DNA of 64,000 bases, taken from NCBI GenBank assembly GCA_023334545.1, contig JAADVB010000013.1, forward strand, positions 1-64,000, given 5' to 3'. Positions within the stretch are counted from its first letter, which is position 1. Every line of letters begins with the position of its first letter. This DNA comes from Salisapilia sapeloensis CBS 127946 (Eukaryota > Protista > Oomycota). The notes under the pieces are model-generated. The model made no database searches. It was not told the origin of the DNA and saw only the letters and a list, made by a program, of their open reading frames with translations. Below are positions 10,899 through 23,708 of the stretch, piece by piece. Both the position numbers and the translations under genes were made by a program.

Positions 10899-12186
10899 TT
10901 AGATCTTAAGCAGACGGACGAGATGCGATCGATCCAACGCGCCAAGTGCCGCTTGTAACTGGGCTTGTGTATCGGCGTTTTGGACGAGAAGCGAGCCGAT
11001 GCGTTCTGCTAGCTTCGTAGAAATGTCTATTTGACATAATTAGAAAATGAGATGGCGGATATTGGATGGAAATGTACCGATGGGAAGTTGACAGTGCCGG
11101 GTGAGAAGGCGAATGTAAACTGGCGATTGAGCTGGTAGGACGTTTACGACCATCGCACTAAACCAGGGAGGTAGTTTCATGAGAGTGGACGGATTGCGAC
11201 TGAGCCATCTTTCGATCGAGTCGACTAGTGATGGACGAATATCGTTCTTCACTTTAGTCGAGAGCGAAGGTAGTCGTAGCAGTAAAAGCAGTGGGACTTG
11301 CTACATGCTTAACACTCAGCTGCGTTTTGTATGTAGCTAAGAGATAATAGTACCTGCGTATCAGTGACTGTATCGTTTGATTCCAACGGATCAATCGCTT
11401 GTGCCACCAGATCCTTTCGTGCCTGCGATGTTGCAGCCTGGAGGTCATGCTCCAGGGTAGTCACGATCGATTCCAGTTGAATCGTCTTTGGATCCAGTGT
11501 AAAGCTTTCCTTGGCTGGAATTGAAAAGGCGATATCGTCCAGTACTACACTTGCAAGACAATTATACAGCTGCACTCATATATGGAAGAGAGGCACATAC
11601 CTTGCACTTGAATATATTTACAATTGTCTCGTAGCGAGGTAGCAAACTGTAGCATCGTTGCCGTCTTCCGTTCATTCGTAGCTTTTCCAGCTAATAATTT
11701 ACTACAAGCAAACATAAATATCTCCATACATTTTCGTATAATCATTTGACAAGGAGCAACCTCGCGAAAGCTATATGAGGAGGTACAGAGGACGTGGTCG
11801 ATGGCAGCTCTAGCTTCTTCAGCTCTTGCAATGCCAAGATAAGCAGCTCCGATCGCTTTGGGTGGGTCGCCAGAAACGGACTCTGGATAAGTGCTGCAAG
11901 CAAATGCACACGAGCTATCCAGCCATCATGTTACTCTTATTCCTGTATCAAAAATCCATCAATTCGTTTGCATTGCACCATTCTCCAAGTCCTCTGCAGT
12001 CAATCGGCGATTGACACTCAGCGGCAGTGTCCACTCATTCGCTATACATCGTTCCGTTTGCTCTTCAATATGCACAGCCCATTGAATGGCTCTCTCTAGA
12101 CTTTGTCTATCCCATTGATACACCTTGGAGGTCTGTGTGTCATTCACAAGCGCCACAAAGACCTGAGCATCCTGCCTCGGACCCAT
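10899..12186 (-). CDS. FANCF: Fanconi anaemia group F-like protein (6 exons, 334 aa)
   Basis: Introns 11915-11978, 11702-11760, 11545-11600, 11301-11353, 11027-11077 give an open frame; FVALV..T..VYQWDRQSLERAIQWA, ARVHLLAALIQSP, WLSRNP and PAQSPVYIRLLT match remembered human FANCF segments (WDPATVRRALQWA, PALSPVYLGLLT). Confidence 0.75.
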
Positions 12187-12321
12187 TTTCTCGCCTTTGG
12201 TCCGAGCAGAGTCCATTTGACTTGGATAAAGTATGGTGGCAGTCTGACTGGCAAACAAAAGACACAAATCCAAACAAGCGCCCTTCGAGCGAGCGACGGA
12301 TTAGATACTAGAGACTAGGAA

Positions 12322-13983
12322 ATGGCTGCTGCGAGTACGATTGCTAGACCTTCAGGTGAAACCTTGCGTGGCAAGCAAAAGGAAAAGGATGTGCGCATGT
12401 CCAACATTATCGCTGCCAAAGGTATGCTTCGTATGTACATTTTGTTAGAAAGATGCTAACAACCGTCGTTCGTGTCTGTATTAGCCATTGCGAATGCTAT
12501 TCGCACGAGTTTAGGACCGCGTGGTATGGACAAGATGATCCAGCAGGAAAAAGGTGAAGTCATCATCTCGAACGACGGCGCGACCATTCTGTCCCAAATG
12601 CAGGTCTACCATCCTACGGCCAAGATGCTCGTGGATCTATCCAAGTCGCAAGATATTGAGGCTGGTGACGGTACCACGTCCGTCTGTGTCATCGCAGGCG
12701 CTCTCTTATCTGCCTGTGAAGACCTGCTCATGAAGGGAATCCACCCGACGAACATCTCGGACGCCTTTGGCATGGCTGCGACCAAGGCCGAAGAGATCCT
12801 TACGAACATGGCGAAACCCATGAACCTAGCGGACAGGGATGAGCTCATCAGTTGCGTGAACACTTCTCTTTCGTCCAAGGTCATTTCCGAGTACGCAGAC
12901 CAGCTGTCTCCGATCGCCGTCGACGCTGTCCTCCAAGTCATTGACATTGAGACCGCGACGAACGTCGATTTGAACAGCATCCAAGTCGTCAAGCAACTCG
13001 GCGGTACGATCGACGAATCAGAGCTCGTCAAAGGTCTCGTGTTCAGCAAAGGATTCCAAAAGACGGCCGTGGATGCTCCGAGCACGATCGAGAACGCCAA
13101 GGTCGCGCTTCTCCAGTTCTGTTTGTCGGCACCCAAGTCGGACATGGAGTCGAACGTTGTCATCAATGACTACGCTGCCATGGACCGTGTCTTGCGGGAG
13201 GAACGGAAGTACATTTTGAATTTGTGTAAGCAGGTGAAAAAGTCTGGCGCGAACGTCGTGTTGATTCAAAAGTCCATCCTCCGGGATGCCACGAACGACC
13301 TGTCACTCCACTTCTTAGCCAAGATGGGCATCCGCGTCATCTCGGACATTGAACGTGCCGATATTGAACACATCGCATCGACCTTGGGCTGCTTGCCAGT
13401 AGCCAACATCGAGTACTTGACGCCAGACAAACTTTCGACCGTCGGACTCGTCCAAGAGCAGTCTGTCGGTGGCCACAAGGTCGTCAAGATGACTGAGATC
13501 GAGAACGCTGGAAAGACCATGTCTATCCTTGTGCGTGGCTCCAACAAACTCGTCTTGGAAGAGGCTGAGCGATCGCTCCATGATGCCTTGTGCGTCGTCC
13601 GTTCGCTTGTGAAGAAGCGTTTCTTGATTTGCGGTGGCGGTGCGCCAGAGATTCAGGTCGCTCATGAACTCGCAAAGCAGGGGCATGAGCTGGAAGGCAC
13701 AGCTAGCTACTGTCTCCAAGCCTTTGCGGATGCTATGGAAGTCGTGCCGTACACGCTTGCGGAGAACGCGGGTCTGCAGCCGATTAGCATCGTCACGGAG
13801 CTCCGTGCGCAGCATGCGGAAGGCAAGAAGAGCGCTGGCATTAACGTGCGCAAGGGTGGCATTGACGACATGTACGCTTTGAACGTCCTCCAGCCGTTGC
13901 TTGTGAACACGAGCGAGATCTCGCTTGCTGCCGAATGTGTTCGCATGATCCTCAAGATTGATGACATTGTCATGGTGAGATAA
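12322..13983 (+). CDS. CCT4: T-complex protein 1 subunit delta (chaperonin CCT4)
   Basis: [14 protein letters not shown]|[38 protein letters not shown]; intron 12422-12484. Confidence 0.97.
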
Positions 13984-14009
13984 ATGAAAGACCAAACAGC
14001 TTTTCTCTT

Positions 14010-14728
14010 CTATTCGTTTAAGTGACTCGTGTTGTTCAATTCGACTTGCTGAAAGACTTGCGAGTCGACGGCAAAGTCGAGGACGTTCACACAAGTGTTG
14101 TCCTGGTGGATCTCTCGCATGTGAAGCAAGTTGGCGTGCAGCAGTTGAGACAAGATGACCTTGTTGAACCGACCATGCGTTACCATGAGGATGTGCGAGG
14201 CTGGTGGATGGGCGTTCATCAGCTCTAGGATCTTATCACAACCACGAGCAGCTACTGTCAATGGACTCTCGCCCTCTGGAAACTTGGCGGCTGATACACC
14301 ATTATCCCATAGATCCCAAATCCGATGCTGGTCTTTCATGAATTCAGTATGCAGCTCATTCTCGACTCGCCCAAAGCTCATCTCCTCTAGCTCCGTATAC
14401 GCTGGCACTTGCGCAATGGATGAATGGTGCTTAGCCACATTCGCAGCTGTCTGTCTAGCTCGCTTAAGTGCACTGCAGTAGATGGCAGTAAGAGGAGCTA
14501 GCTCCATCGCTTCGCCTAATTTCTTCGCTTGTGCCTGTCCAGTGGCATTCAGATCTGAATTGACTCCACGTCCTTGGAACCTCCCTTCGACATTAAAGTC
14601 TACAAGTACGATCAGCATCATCATGCATTGCAACAGATGGGATTGCACATACCAGTTTGACCATGTCGGCACAAGTACAGACGTGAATATCCTTCTTCGA
14701 GCGTTGGTAGCTGCTTCAGTAGTGTCAT
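14010..14728 (-). CDS. Histidine phosphatase / phosphoglycerate mutase family protein
   Basis: LYLCRHGQT|DFN (RHG motif rebuilt across intron 14600-14652), EMSFG, VTHG. Confidence 0.88.
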
Positions 14729-14830
14729 GCTGAACGAGTCACCGGGTGGGATAGAATTTCGTGTCATCATCAGTTTATGTAAAATTAATAATACACATAA
14801 AATATATTTAACTTTCAAAAAAGCTTTTTT

Positions 14831-16686
14831 TCATTCATCTTTTTTCTGGTGTACTTGTCGCTGCCCAAGTACCCATCGTACGACAAGTCCATCTAGAAAT
14901 AGTACTGCAAAGACAAGTACTATGGACGAAGTTAGCTTGAGGAGCACCAGCGTGGCGTTGACACCGCCGAGAAGTGCCACCTTCCACTTCAGCTCCAGTC
15001 CTCGCATCGTCGTCACGAGTTCCCGCTTGCTTTCTGACGCATACAACTTGTCGTGTTCCTCTGCGTGCTCATCATAAGCTTCCACATCCTCTTCAGAAGA
15101 ATCATCCGACTCGTCGCTCTCTTTCTCCACGTCCTGTGCATTCTCCGAGATCGGTTCCACCGTCCCTCTCTTGCCTTTCCGGCGACGACGCTGTTGCTGC
15201 GCCCATAGTATAGCTGTCGAGATCTCTCGCTCCCATAAGTTGTATTGCTCTAGCGAGTCCGTGCATATCTTCCACGTCCGTTTCTGCGACTGGACCATGA
15301 ACATGTACGGCGTCGGGGCAGCTTCGTCGTCGCCACTGCTCGTCACAGCCAGTTGCGCGTCTTTTGCCGTTAGGCGCAACTTGGCAAGAGATAGACCTCG
15401 TCTTGCAGCGTGCTCCGAGTCATAGTATCGCAACGCAGCCTTTCGTTTATCCAATACAAACCATTTGCGATACCAGCTCTTGCCTCGGAACTTGACACTT
15501 CGCTGGATGATTAATGACCCGGCTTGGAAATTCAGCTCATTTCGACGCGCTGTCACAAACGGTTTCGACAGGAGTGTCAAGGAAGAGTTCACGATCTGTC
15601 GAGGGTACAGTCCATGGTTACGGCTCTGGTCAATGTACCCAGCACGTCGACCGTCTTCCGCCAAGAGGAACCCACTGCCGACGTCTGGAGGTGGGTGCTC
15701 ATCGTCTTGTGGCGTGCTAAAGGACTCGTGGACAGCGTCTTTCCGAGGCGAGTCACTGCTGTCAATTGGAAGCACTTCTGCCCAGTAGACAAGGACTTTG
15801 CCCTTGCTCCACGTATACGTGTTGTCCCATGTCAAGGATAAGACACCTGGTGAGGAACATTGGTATCTTCCTTTAATCGGCTTGACGTTGGATTCCTCTC
15901 GAGAGTAGACGTTGACCGTCTCGCCTTCAAAGGTAGCACTAAAGCCAATGTCGTGCTTTTTGGTCGTGAACTGCCATGTCGCGACATCACCAGGACGACG
16001 AAGAGTAAGACTGAGAGAGAAGGACTGACCGGCTCGAACAGTGACGATGGTACCCGGCGTGGCATCGAGTGGCCTACCAGACGGACGAATGTCCTCTTCA
16101 TCTTCTTCACTATCGTCTGGCAAGTTGGAGTCTTCCAAGAACTCACGAAATAGCTTGCATGACCGGATTTCTGGCACTTGGATAAGATCACTTAAATATT
16201 GGTTTAGTTCCTGCGTCTTCTGTCGAATGTATTCGTTATCGTAGCGTTTGCGATGCATGGATGGCATTTTGGGCAGAGGAGATTTGGGATACTTTTTGTG
16301 AAGCTACAGAGGTCGATGAGAATACATTTGTAGGTGCTTTGGAAATGACTACATACTTTGCGTTGGAGGGAAAGGAATTGTTTATGAGTTCGATCGACAT
16401 AGTGCTCTTGCTCCGAATCGTCATAGACCACGACGAGTGTGAACAAGGCATAAAAGTTCGGTCTGTCCGGGATGTACCTCGTCGGATCGAGCGCATTCTT
16501 CTTCGGCATCGCATTCTTCTCAATCGTATGACTGCGAATAGAGCATTTGGCCACATTCTTCCGTTTCGGGGTTCCCACCGGTCTGACATCCCCTGTGCTC
16601 AACTTTCGACTTTCCCTCCTACTGTCGCCAATGTCCCTGGCATCGATAGGTGCTGGTGGAGAAACACTCCCTCCGTCCGTACTCAT
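14831..16686 (-). CDS. PX + GOLD + PH domain protein with C-terminal hydrophobic segment(s)
   Basis: PX (VDRTHKQFLSLQRK...ELNQYLSDL...FREFLE), GOLD (WQFTTKKHDIGF...LTWDNTYTWSKGK), PH (WYRKWFVLD...WEREI), TM-like tail; one intron. Confidence 0.8.
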
Positions 16687-16886
16687 GTCGACCGTGCCGG
16701 AAGTAAAAATTCCAATTTTTAGCACGGTGGTAAGTTACGTCCTCGACGGTGGCATTTTGTCATTTATAATGATCACGTCAACAATGTATAACCTTGTCCA
16801 CCTCGGCGCGTGTCGCTATCCTTTCGGTCTTCAGTTTTCACACTTCAGACTTCATTATCGAATTTGATACGAAGAGCGCAAGAAGG

Positions 16887-17308
16887 ATGATTGAGATCGA
16901 GTCGACAGAGCAATTTAAGGAGGAAGTTGCCAAGGACCAGTTGACCGTGGCCTTCTTTGCTGCCGGATTCTGTGGTGGCTGCAAGATGATCAAGCCCAAG
17001 ATCAAGAAGCTGGACAAGGAATTGGAGCACGTGGTATGTACATTTGACTGGATGGAAGAAATGCAATATATTTATGGCGTTGCAATAGAACTTTTTGCAA
17101 GTGGACGCGGAAGACTTTGAGGACTTTGTCGAGGAAATCGACGTCGACAGCTTCCCGACGTTCCGCGTGTACAAGAAGAACGAAATTTTGGGTGACTACT
17201 GCAGCTCCAAGTATGAAAAGGTAAGCTACTTTGCGTATGTTGGATGTCAAGCACTGTTCTGATGGGACATTGTAGGTGGACGAATTCATTCGCAAGACCA
17301 TTGCGTAG
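16887..17308 (+). CDS. Thioredoxin with atypical FCGGC active site (3 exons)
   Basis: TVAFFAAGFCGGCKMIKP, LQVDAE, cis-Pro motif SFPTF; ends VDEFIRKTIA*. Confidence 0.88.
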
Positions 17309-18387
17309 ACTCCAAAAGGCATTTTGATCCATAGATGCAAATACGGCTCATCGTAGCTGTCTTTTGAACCAATATACGACCCCAATTTAACGCTTACGTG
17401 TAGCGCGTTTTACTTCGCATATTCTTCAGAATAACGCAAAAATTACAGGTTCGCAATCAGGATGAATGTTGATGGAAACTTGGTGCTTTCTCGGTATGTA
17501 GTCTGATCCAGGAGTGATGTGGCTTCTCTTGGTCGGCTTTGTACGTGATACAAGGCCATTTCAATATGAGAACGCGACAATCACTTGCATGGAATTCGCT
17601 AAAACAAGCGTCCTATGCGGATTCTCAACGGTAGACGAAAGATACGATAGCGAGATTATATTTGAACCAAGTCTATTGCAAGGCGATGATGTCGTTGACA
17701 TGCATTCCAACGAGAGTCTACAAACGGCCATCCTTTAATCTGACCTCATCCTTTAGGTCGCTATAAGCATGTTTTCCGATAGATACTTCATTGCCTGGGC
17801 AGTAGAAAGCCTTGATCTTCACGCTTTTTTTGCTTGTCGTCATCTACCAAACTACACCAGTCATCGGGTTCATTAACTGATTGCTGCATCACAACGCATC
17901 TGTATACGCATCTTGGCATGAGAATGGTGGCATACACAGAAGGACTCCAGCGCAATAGCAAAGTACATTTGCAGCATAGACTTGCGATAACCATCCCAAA
18001 GTATGGTTATCGATATTCCTCCGTCTTGCACACTCACCCAACTTCGTCGTAATTTATGCCACCAGTACTCTATCGTTTCAAAGACGTGGTCTAATCACTT
18101 ACTATCGCCTTCTTCATCTCAAGATCAAGCAGCACATTTCACAAGCCATTAATAACGGCCACAATCGTATCCTTATTTTCCTTCTAGACTAAACCTGGAG
18201 ATGCCTTAATAATAGAGAATGCCCAGATCCAGGTCATGCATGAAACCTGGTCGGTGGATCTTGTGCCTAGACAGGAACTGTTCTGATCCAAATGCATGCA
18301 ATTTTCCGCCGATTCGCAACTAGCCTGGTCCAGCTTCAAGTGTACCCATTAGCGTGCGGCTGACAGCACAATACAAATTATATCGCC

Positions 18388-19158
18388 ATGACGACCTCCA
18401 ACCCATCTCGCCACACTTTCTTATTGCTCGGAGATTCGATCACGCAGGACGGAGCCAATCCCGACATCACTGGATGGGCCAGTTTACTGCAGCATAGCTA
18501 CGTACGGTCGGCAGACATAATCAACCGTGGTCACTCGGGCTACAACACGAGGTGAGGAGATGACTCCTTGGATTTATATTTTGTAGTAACGTTTAGACTA
18601 CGATGCAGGTGGACTTTAAAGCACGTTTTGCCTGTATTGGAAGGCAAGGAGCTCTTGGCATCAAGCCCTTATGCTCCTTCTCTCGTCGTCATTTGGCTCG
18701 GAGCTAATGATGCAGCACGTCCAGAGAGCTCTGAAAGCTTCCAGAACGTGCCACTAGAAGAATTCAAGTCTAACTTGCAGAAGATCGTACGTCGTATTCA
18801 ACTGTGTCTTCCATCGGCGAAGATTCTTCTACTGACGCCGTCAGCGGTCATCGATGAGAAACGTCGGCTGGAGCATCCAGACGAGATCGATCGATGCAAT
18901 GCCGTAACAAAGGAGTACGCAGAAGCCTGTGTTTCCGCTGGTCAAGAGACCAATGTGCCCGTACTCAACCTCTTTACCTTCTTCAATAAGATGGAAGCAA
19001 AGGAGCGCTCGGATCACTTCCGAGATGGACTCCACCTAGTCTCGAGTGGTAATCGCCTCGTGTTCGAGCAGTTGAAAGCAAAGATCGACCAAGAGTTTCC
19101 AGACTTGTCGAGTGATTCTTTAGCATGGCAATTCCCAGGCTTTCGAGATTTCAAGTAA
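18388..19158 (+). CDS. SGNH/GDSL hydrolase, IAH1-like esterase
   Basis: LLLGDSITQ, NRGHSGYNT|RW, WLGANDA, DGLH blocks; one intron. Confidence 0.9.
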
Positions 19159-19163
19159 ACAAG

Positions 19164-21712
19164 CTACGAGCTTCGGTCGAGCAGCTTTTGAGGGTCGTGC
19201 GGATAATCTCGCTTCGTTCGCTCAATCGCCTTCAGAAAAAAGATAAGCAATACAAAACATCATTTGGACACGTAGTTTGCATACTTTTCGAACAAATTGC
19301 TCGATGATCGTAGTTGGAAGTAGCGTCATAAACCGCGGTGGTTCCGGTGGACTCATGACCTACAGAGTAACACAGTACGTTCATTTAGACAGTGTTAGAA
19401 GATGCAAGTACGATAGATCGTACCAGAAAAGACTTGAAGTTGTCGAATACTTGAAGCTGTTGCATTTGGACGCAATGCTGTTCATACTGGAACTGAGCTA
19501 GGCCGTAGTCCTGCATCTCTTGTCGATAATGAGCTTTCTTATCAGCCATGATTTCTCGGACTCGCATGCGAGTAAGATCAAGTGGGATACGAGGCATATC
19601 TTTGTAGAGATCCACGACGTAATACAAGAACTCTGATTCAAGTGATGCCACACGAGTATTACGTGAAGCATTTCCATTTCGCGCGATCGAAGCTCTGGAA
19701 ACGTTTGATGAAGCATTGTCCTTTCGAGTTGGACTGGATGACGATGCTTCGGACTGCGTCATAGTGAGGTCAGGGAGGGTGTTTTGAGATTTACACGCTG
19801 AAGCATTCGCTTGGGTAATTCGAAGCATCTTGTCTTTCCAACTCACGAGTTCTGTGGTAACTTCGCTGGGTGTTGTCAAAAGAAGTAAGCGGTACGTTCC
19901 AGGCTTAAAGAGGAACAGATATGTCTTGTTGCCTGCGGAAGTGTTAATTTCGCTCAGTCTATCATCCATGAAGCATCGAACGCCTCGGAGCTCAACTAGC
20001 AGTTCATGTGTCTTCAAATCATACGCTCGTAGCCACCCTTCTCCAGACAAGCTGAACGTCGCTTGAAACCAGTTCGCTTGAGAAGGAACATTGAGCTGCT
20101 GTAGTAACGAGCTTGGCAGATTGTCATTGATGTGTAGCTGGAATACTTTGTAAAGCTGAGAACGTTGGTTTAAATATTCATTACGCAGACGCGTTTCCGT
20201 CTTTGTCCATTGTCGAAGTTGCATTTCAAATCGTGCGGATGAGATCGCTGTCATTCGTCGCCACCAGCGCTGCAAAACGCAAACATGTTTTCGCATCTTT
20301 TGGATGGCAATCCAGAAGCGTGCTTCCACTGTGAGACCACTTAAAAAGCTTCGTAGGATCTGAGCATGGGCAACTTTCTTCTGCACGCGGATACGAAATT
20401 TATATAAAAACACATTCTTCGCGATGAGATTAGTAGCAAACCATTGGCCTCTAGCCCCTCGACAGAACTTCCAAGCTATAAAGGTAGTAGACTCCAGATG
20501 CCGATTGTATGCTCGCTGAATCAATGTCATGGCACCGGTAAATCGTCGGATTTCAATCATTCGTTTTTGAAAGCTGGCCACAGCGGTGATAACGAGTAGC
20601 CCTCCGACCATTCCTCGCTCTATGACGCTAGGAAAAGTATCATCGTACTCTTGTTCTTGGTTCTCCCGGATAACCGATGTGCGATTCCTTTCAACCTGGC
20701 GTTCTTCTTCTTCATTTCGAGCATTTACACGCTTGACTCTAGGTGATTTGAGCACAGATTTACGCTTCGGGATAAATGCCTTGTTTCGTTCGACAAAGTC
20801 CGTCACGGGTTGCTTTGTCGATTTTCGACTATCGTTTAGATTGAGATGCCGCCTTTGAATTTGGAAGCGAGACGCTCGTGACCATGATGAAGTGTTTAAA
20901 TTACGATTGTCTTGATCAAAATCACTTCTTGGACGGTAATAGTAGCTGGAAAAAGGAGTAGTAGACAATGACTTCTCGTGGCCCATTTTTCTTGGCGTAT
21001 GATCGAACTCGAAGCCTTTGTTCTGAACTATGGAGTTGTTGGAGGAATACTCGGCTGTACCTACTGGCTCTTTCACCGTGCAGGATGGAAACCTCTCTGG
21101 TGCACGACAAAAGTTGATTGGCATGGGTTCCTTTCGTGATTTGGCATCATACTGCCCAGGACCTAAGCTAAAGGGATTTTTCTCCAAAGCTCCATTCGGT
21201 GTGAATCGATAGCGGAGGTTACTATGCGTGCCGAACAGAAATTTGTCGTCACGGTTGCTCATTCGATGGAACTCGTTGTAACCTTGACCTTGCCTAGGCA
21301 AGACGTGATCCTTGATTGGTATTGGTGTAGTGAAGCGTGGTGATGGTGTTATCTCCCGTGTCGCTTCAGTGATTCGATTGCTTTGCATCACATACGATCG
21401 GCAGTAACTTCGCTTACGATGTGGAGTAGACCTTGGCCGAGAGTCATTTGCTTTTAAAGGTGGTTTTAAAGCATGCTGGAATGTAGTGGCGCATGCCTCT
21501 CGGATACAGTCTTTATACTCTTGCAGTTGGACCATCATTGCAACAGAAGTATGTCCTGATGACGGAATGCAAGCATCACTAACGCGATCATCATGCCTTG
21601 TACTCATATGATGCAGGCCTGACGCTGTCGTCGAAGGCTTTGCGGGAGAATTACGATCAACCGCAGCTGTCTCAACGTCCACGTCTTTCTGTGGCGAGTT
21701 TCGTGACTTCAT
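19164..21712 (-). CDS. Uncharacterised protein with PG-rich (LGPGQYD) motif, IQ-like motifs and a PH-like domain
   Basis: 775-codon ORF plus two extra 3' exons (19285-19359, 19164-19229; introns 19360-19423, 19230-19284); IQRAYNR and LQRWWRR IQ-like motifs; WFQATFSLSGEGWLRAY...SWKDKMLR PH-like. Confidence 0.7.
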
Positions 21713-21938
21713 CTATTAGGCAGGGCAGATACACAGCATGCCAACGATTGTGGGCTTCTATGAATAGCTCTACGCACTGGTTGCTGTGGGCATTTGGTTT
21801 CATTACCAGATCATGATTACAACTTCAACTTGATTGACAAGCTACTTCGTGTATATTTCAATCGCAAGCAATCTACTTTCTCCATAGATTCTCAAAGGGA
21901 TGCATTACCAGCATCTTCGGCACGTTCCACTGGCTTAG

Positions 21939-23708
21939 CTACCATCCCATCGCACATCCATCCGCTCGTCCATCGGAACCAGCTCCCAAAACGCCAGTCG
22001 TCGGGTTTCTTAAAATGACTTGACCACGTCCAAACGGTAGTCTTTGCGTGAAACCACTTCGGGATTCCACTTCATGTCCGAAGCGAGAATGTAACTCTTC
22101 CATCACTTGAACCCCAACGCTATCCTCTACGAAAACGCGACTAGACCCTCCGTCGTCTCGATTGGCATCGATGCAGAACCGAGCGGCATCGATAGCCTCT
22201 TGCGGATCCATACCGTAGTAGAGAAGATTACACAGCAGCTGGACATGACCTTGCGGCTGCATGAATCCACCCATGATCGTGAATGTTGCGTGGAGCTTCG
22301 AGTCAGAGTATGTCGAAATGGCTGGAATAATCGTATGATACGGTCGCTTCCGAGGCGCCAGAGCATTCATGTGATCAGCATTGTCGATGAGGAAGTTACA
22401 TCCACGGTTCTGAAGTGTGAATCCACAGCCTTTGGGGATAAAGCCCGTGCCGAAGCCCATGTAGTTGCTATTTACCATCGACACGGCGTTTCCTTCGCCA
22501 TCGACAACCTGGAAGCTCACGGTGTCACAACTGAGCACGGGACTTCCGTGCTTGGGATCAATCGCTGCTTTCGTCTTGTCGATGAGAGCAGCACGCTCTT
22601 TCGCATACTTTTGACTCAAAAGCTGCTCGATCGGCAAGTCGTTGTGATCCGTGTCACCAACGTACCAGTTTGCATCAGCAAACGCCAGACGTAAGGCTTC
22701 GATGAGGATGTGAAGGTATTCACTACTGTTATGCTCAGGTCGATCAGTGCCTTCTGGAAACAGCTCTTCTAGGAGGTTTAAAGCTAAGAGCGCTGTGATG
22801 CCCTGGCCATTGGGTGGAATCTCATGCACTTGGACATTTTGGAATGAAGTCTTGATGGGCGTCACAAACTCCGACTTATGGTCTTTCAGATCGTCAAGTG
22901 TCATCACGCCACCTTTCGATTGGACCATGTCCACGATTGCTTGGGCTATGGGACCAGAGTAGTAGCCATCTTTCCCTTTCGAAGCGATCTCTTGAAGGCA
23001 CGATGCGAGGTTGGGATTTTTGAAGACCTCTCCTGCCTGCGGAGCTCGTCCGTCGATCAAAAGTTCCTAGTTCGTATTAATGTATATGAAGTAAACCGTT
23101 TCCCTCTTTATCGCATGTAGCTTTATACCTTGGCGTTCTCGGTTCGATCGAGTAGAAACTTTTCAGCCTTCCATCTTCCTGCACATACAGGGTGGACAGG
23201 GAAACCTTCTTTGGCATAGTCAATAGCTGGTTGGAGCACTTCTTGCATCGATTTTGTTCCCCAGTTTTCCATGGCATCGACCCAAGCAGAGACGGCGCCA
23301 GGTACAGTGACAGCATGACCGTGGTCAGAAGGAATGCGCTTCGCATCTAGAGGCTCTTGGATGTCCGCTTGCGCCTTCTCTAGCGTCAATTTAGCAGGAC
23401 TACGTCCACTACCATTAAGCCCCTGCACTTGCTGCGTCTTGGTGTCATAAAAGAGGAGGAAGGCATCCCCTCCAATGCCAGTCGAACAAGGTTCTGTCAG
23501 TGCCAGCATCGCAGCCATAGCGATCGCTACATGCATATGCAAATCAACCACGTGCACATCTTAGCCGAAATAAAAATGCGGTACCTGCATCGACGGCGTT
23601 ACCACCGTTTTTCAAGATACTTAGCCCAACCTGAGATGCAAGTGGCTGCGAGCATGCCACCATGCCGTGACGTGCATATACCGACGATCTCGTGCCAATT
23701 CCAACCAT
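21939..23708 (-). CDS. Gamma-glutamyltransferase family Ntn-hydrolase (YwrD-like subgroup)
   Basis: GGNAVDA, EPCSTGIGGDAF, nucleophile DTVSF, SNYMGFG, KRPYHTIIP, MGGFMQPQGH, SDGRADG; spliced. Confidence 0.92.

Noticed and set aside
17400-18380. Minus-strand fragment LVGMHVNDII resembling a copia reverse-transcriptase YVDD motif in a ~1-kb gene-free gap
   Set aside because: Flanked by stops, catalytic DD not intact, no other RT motifs or LTRs; too short to distinguish from chance
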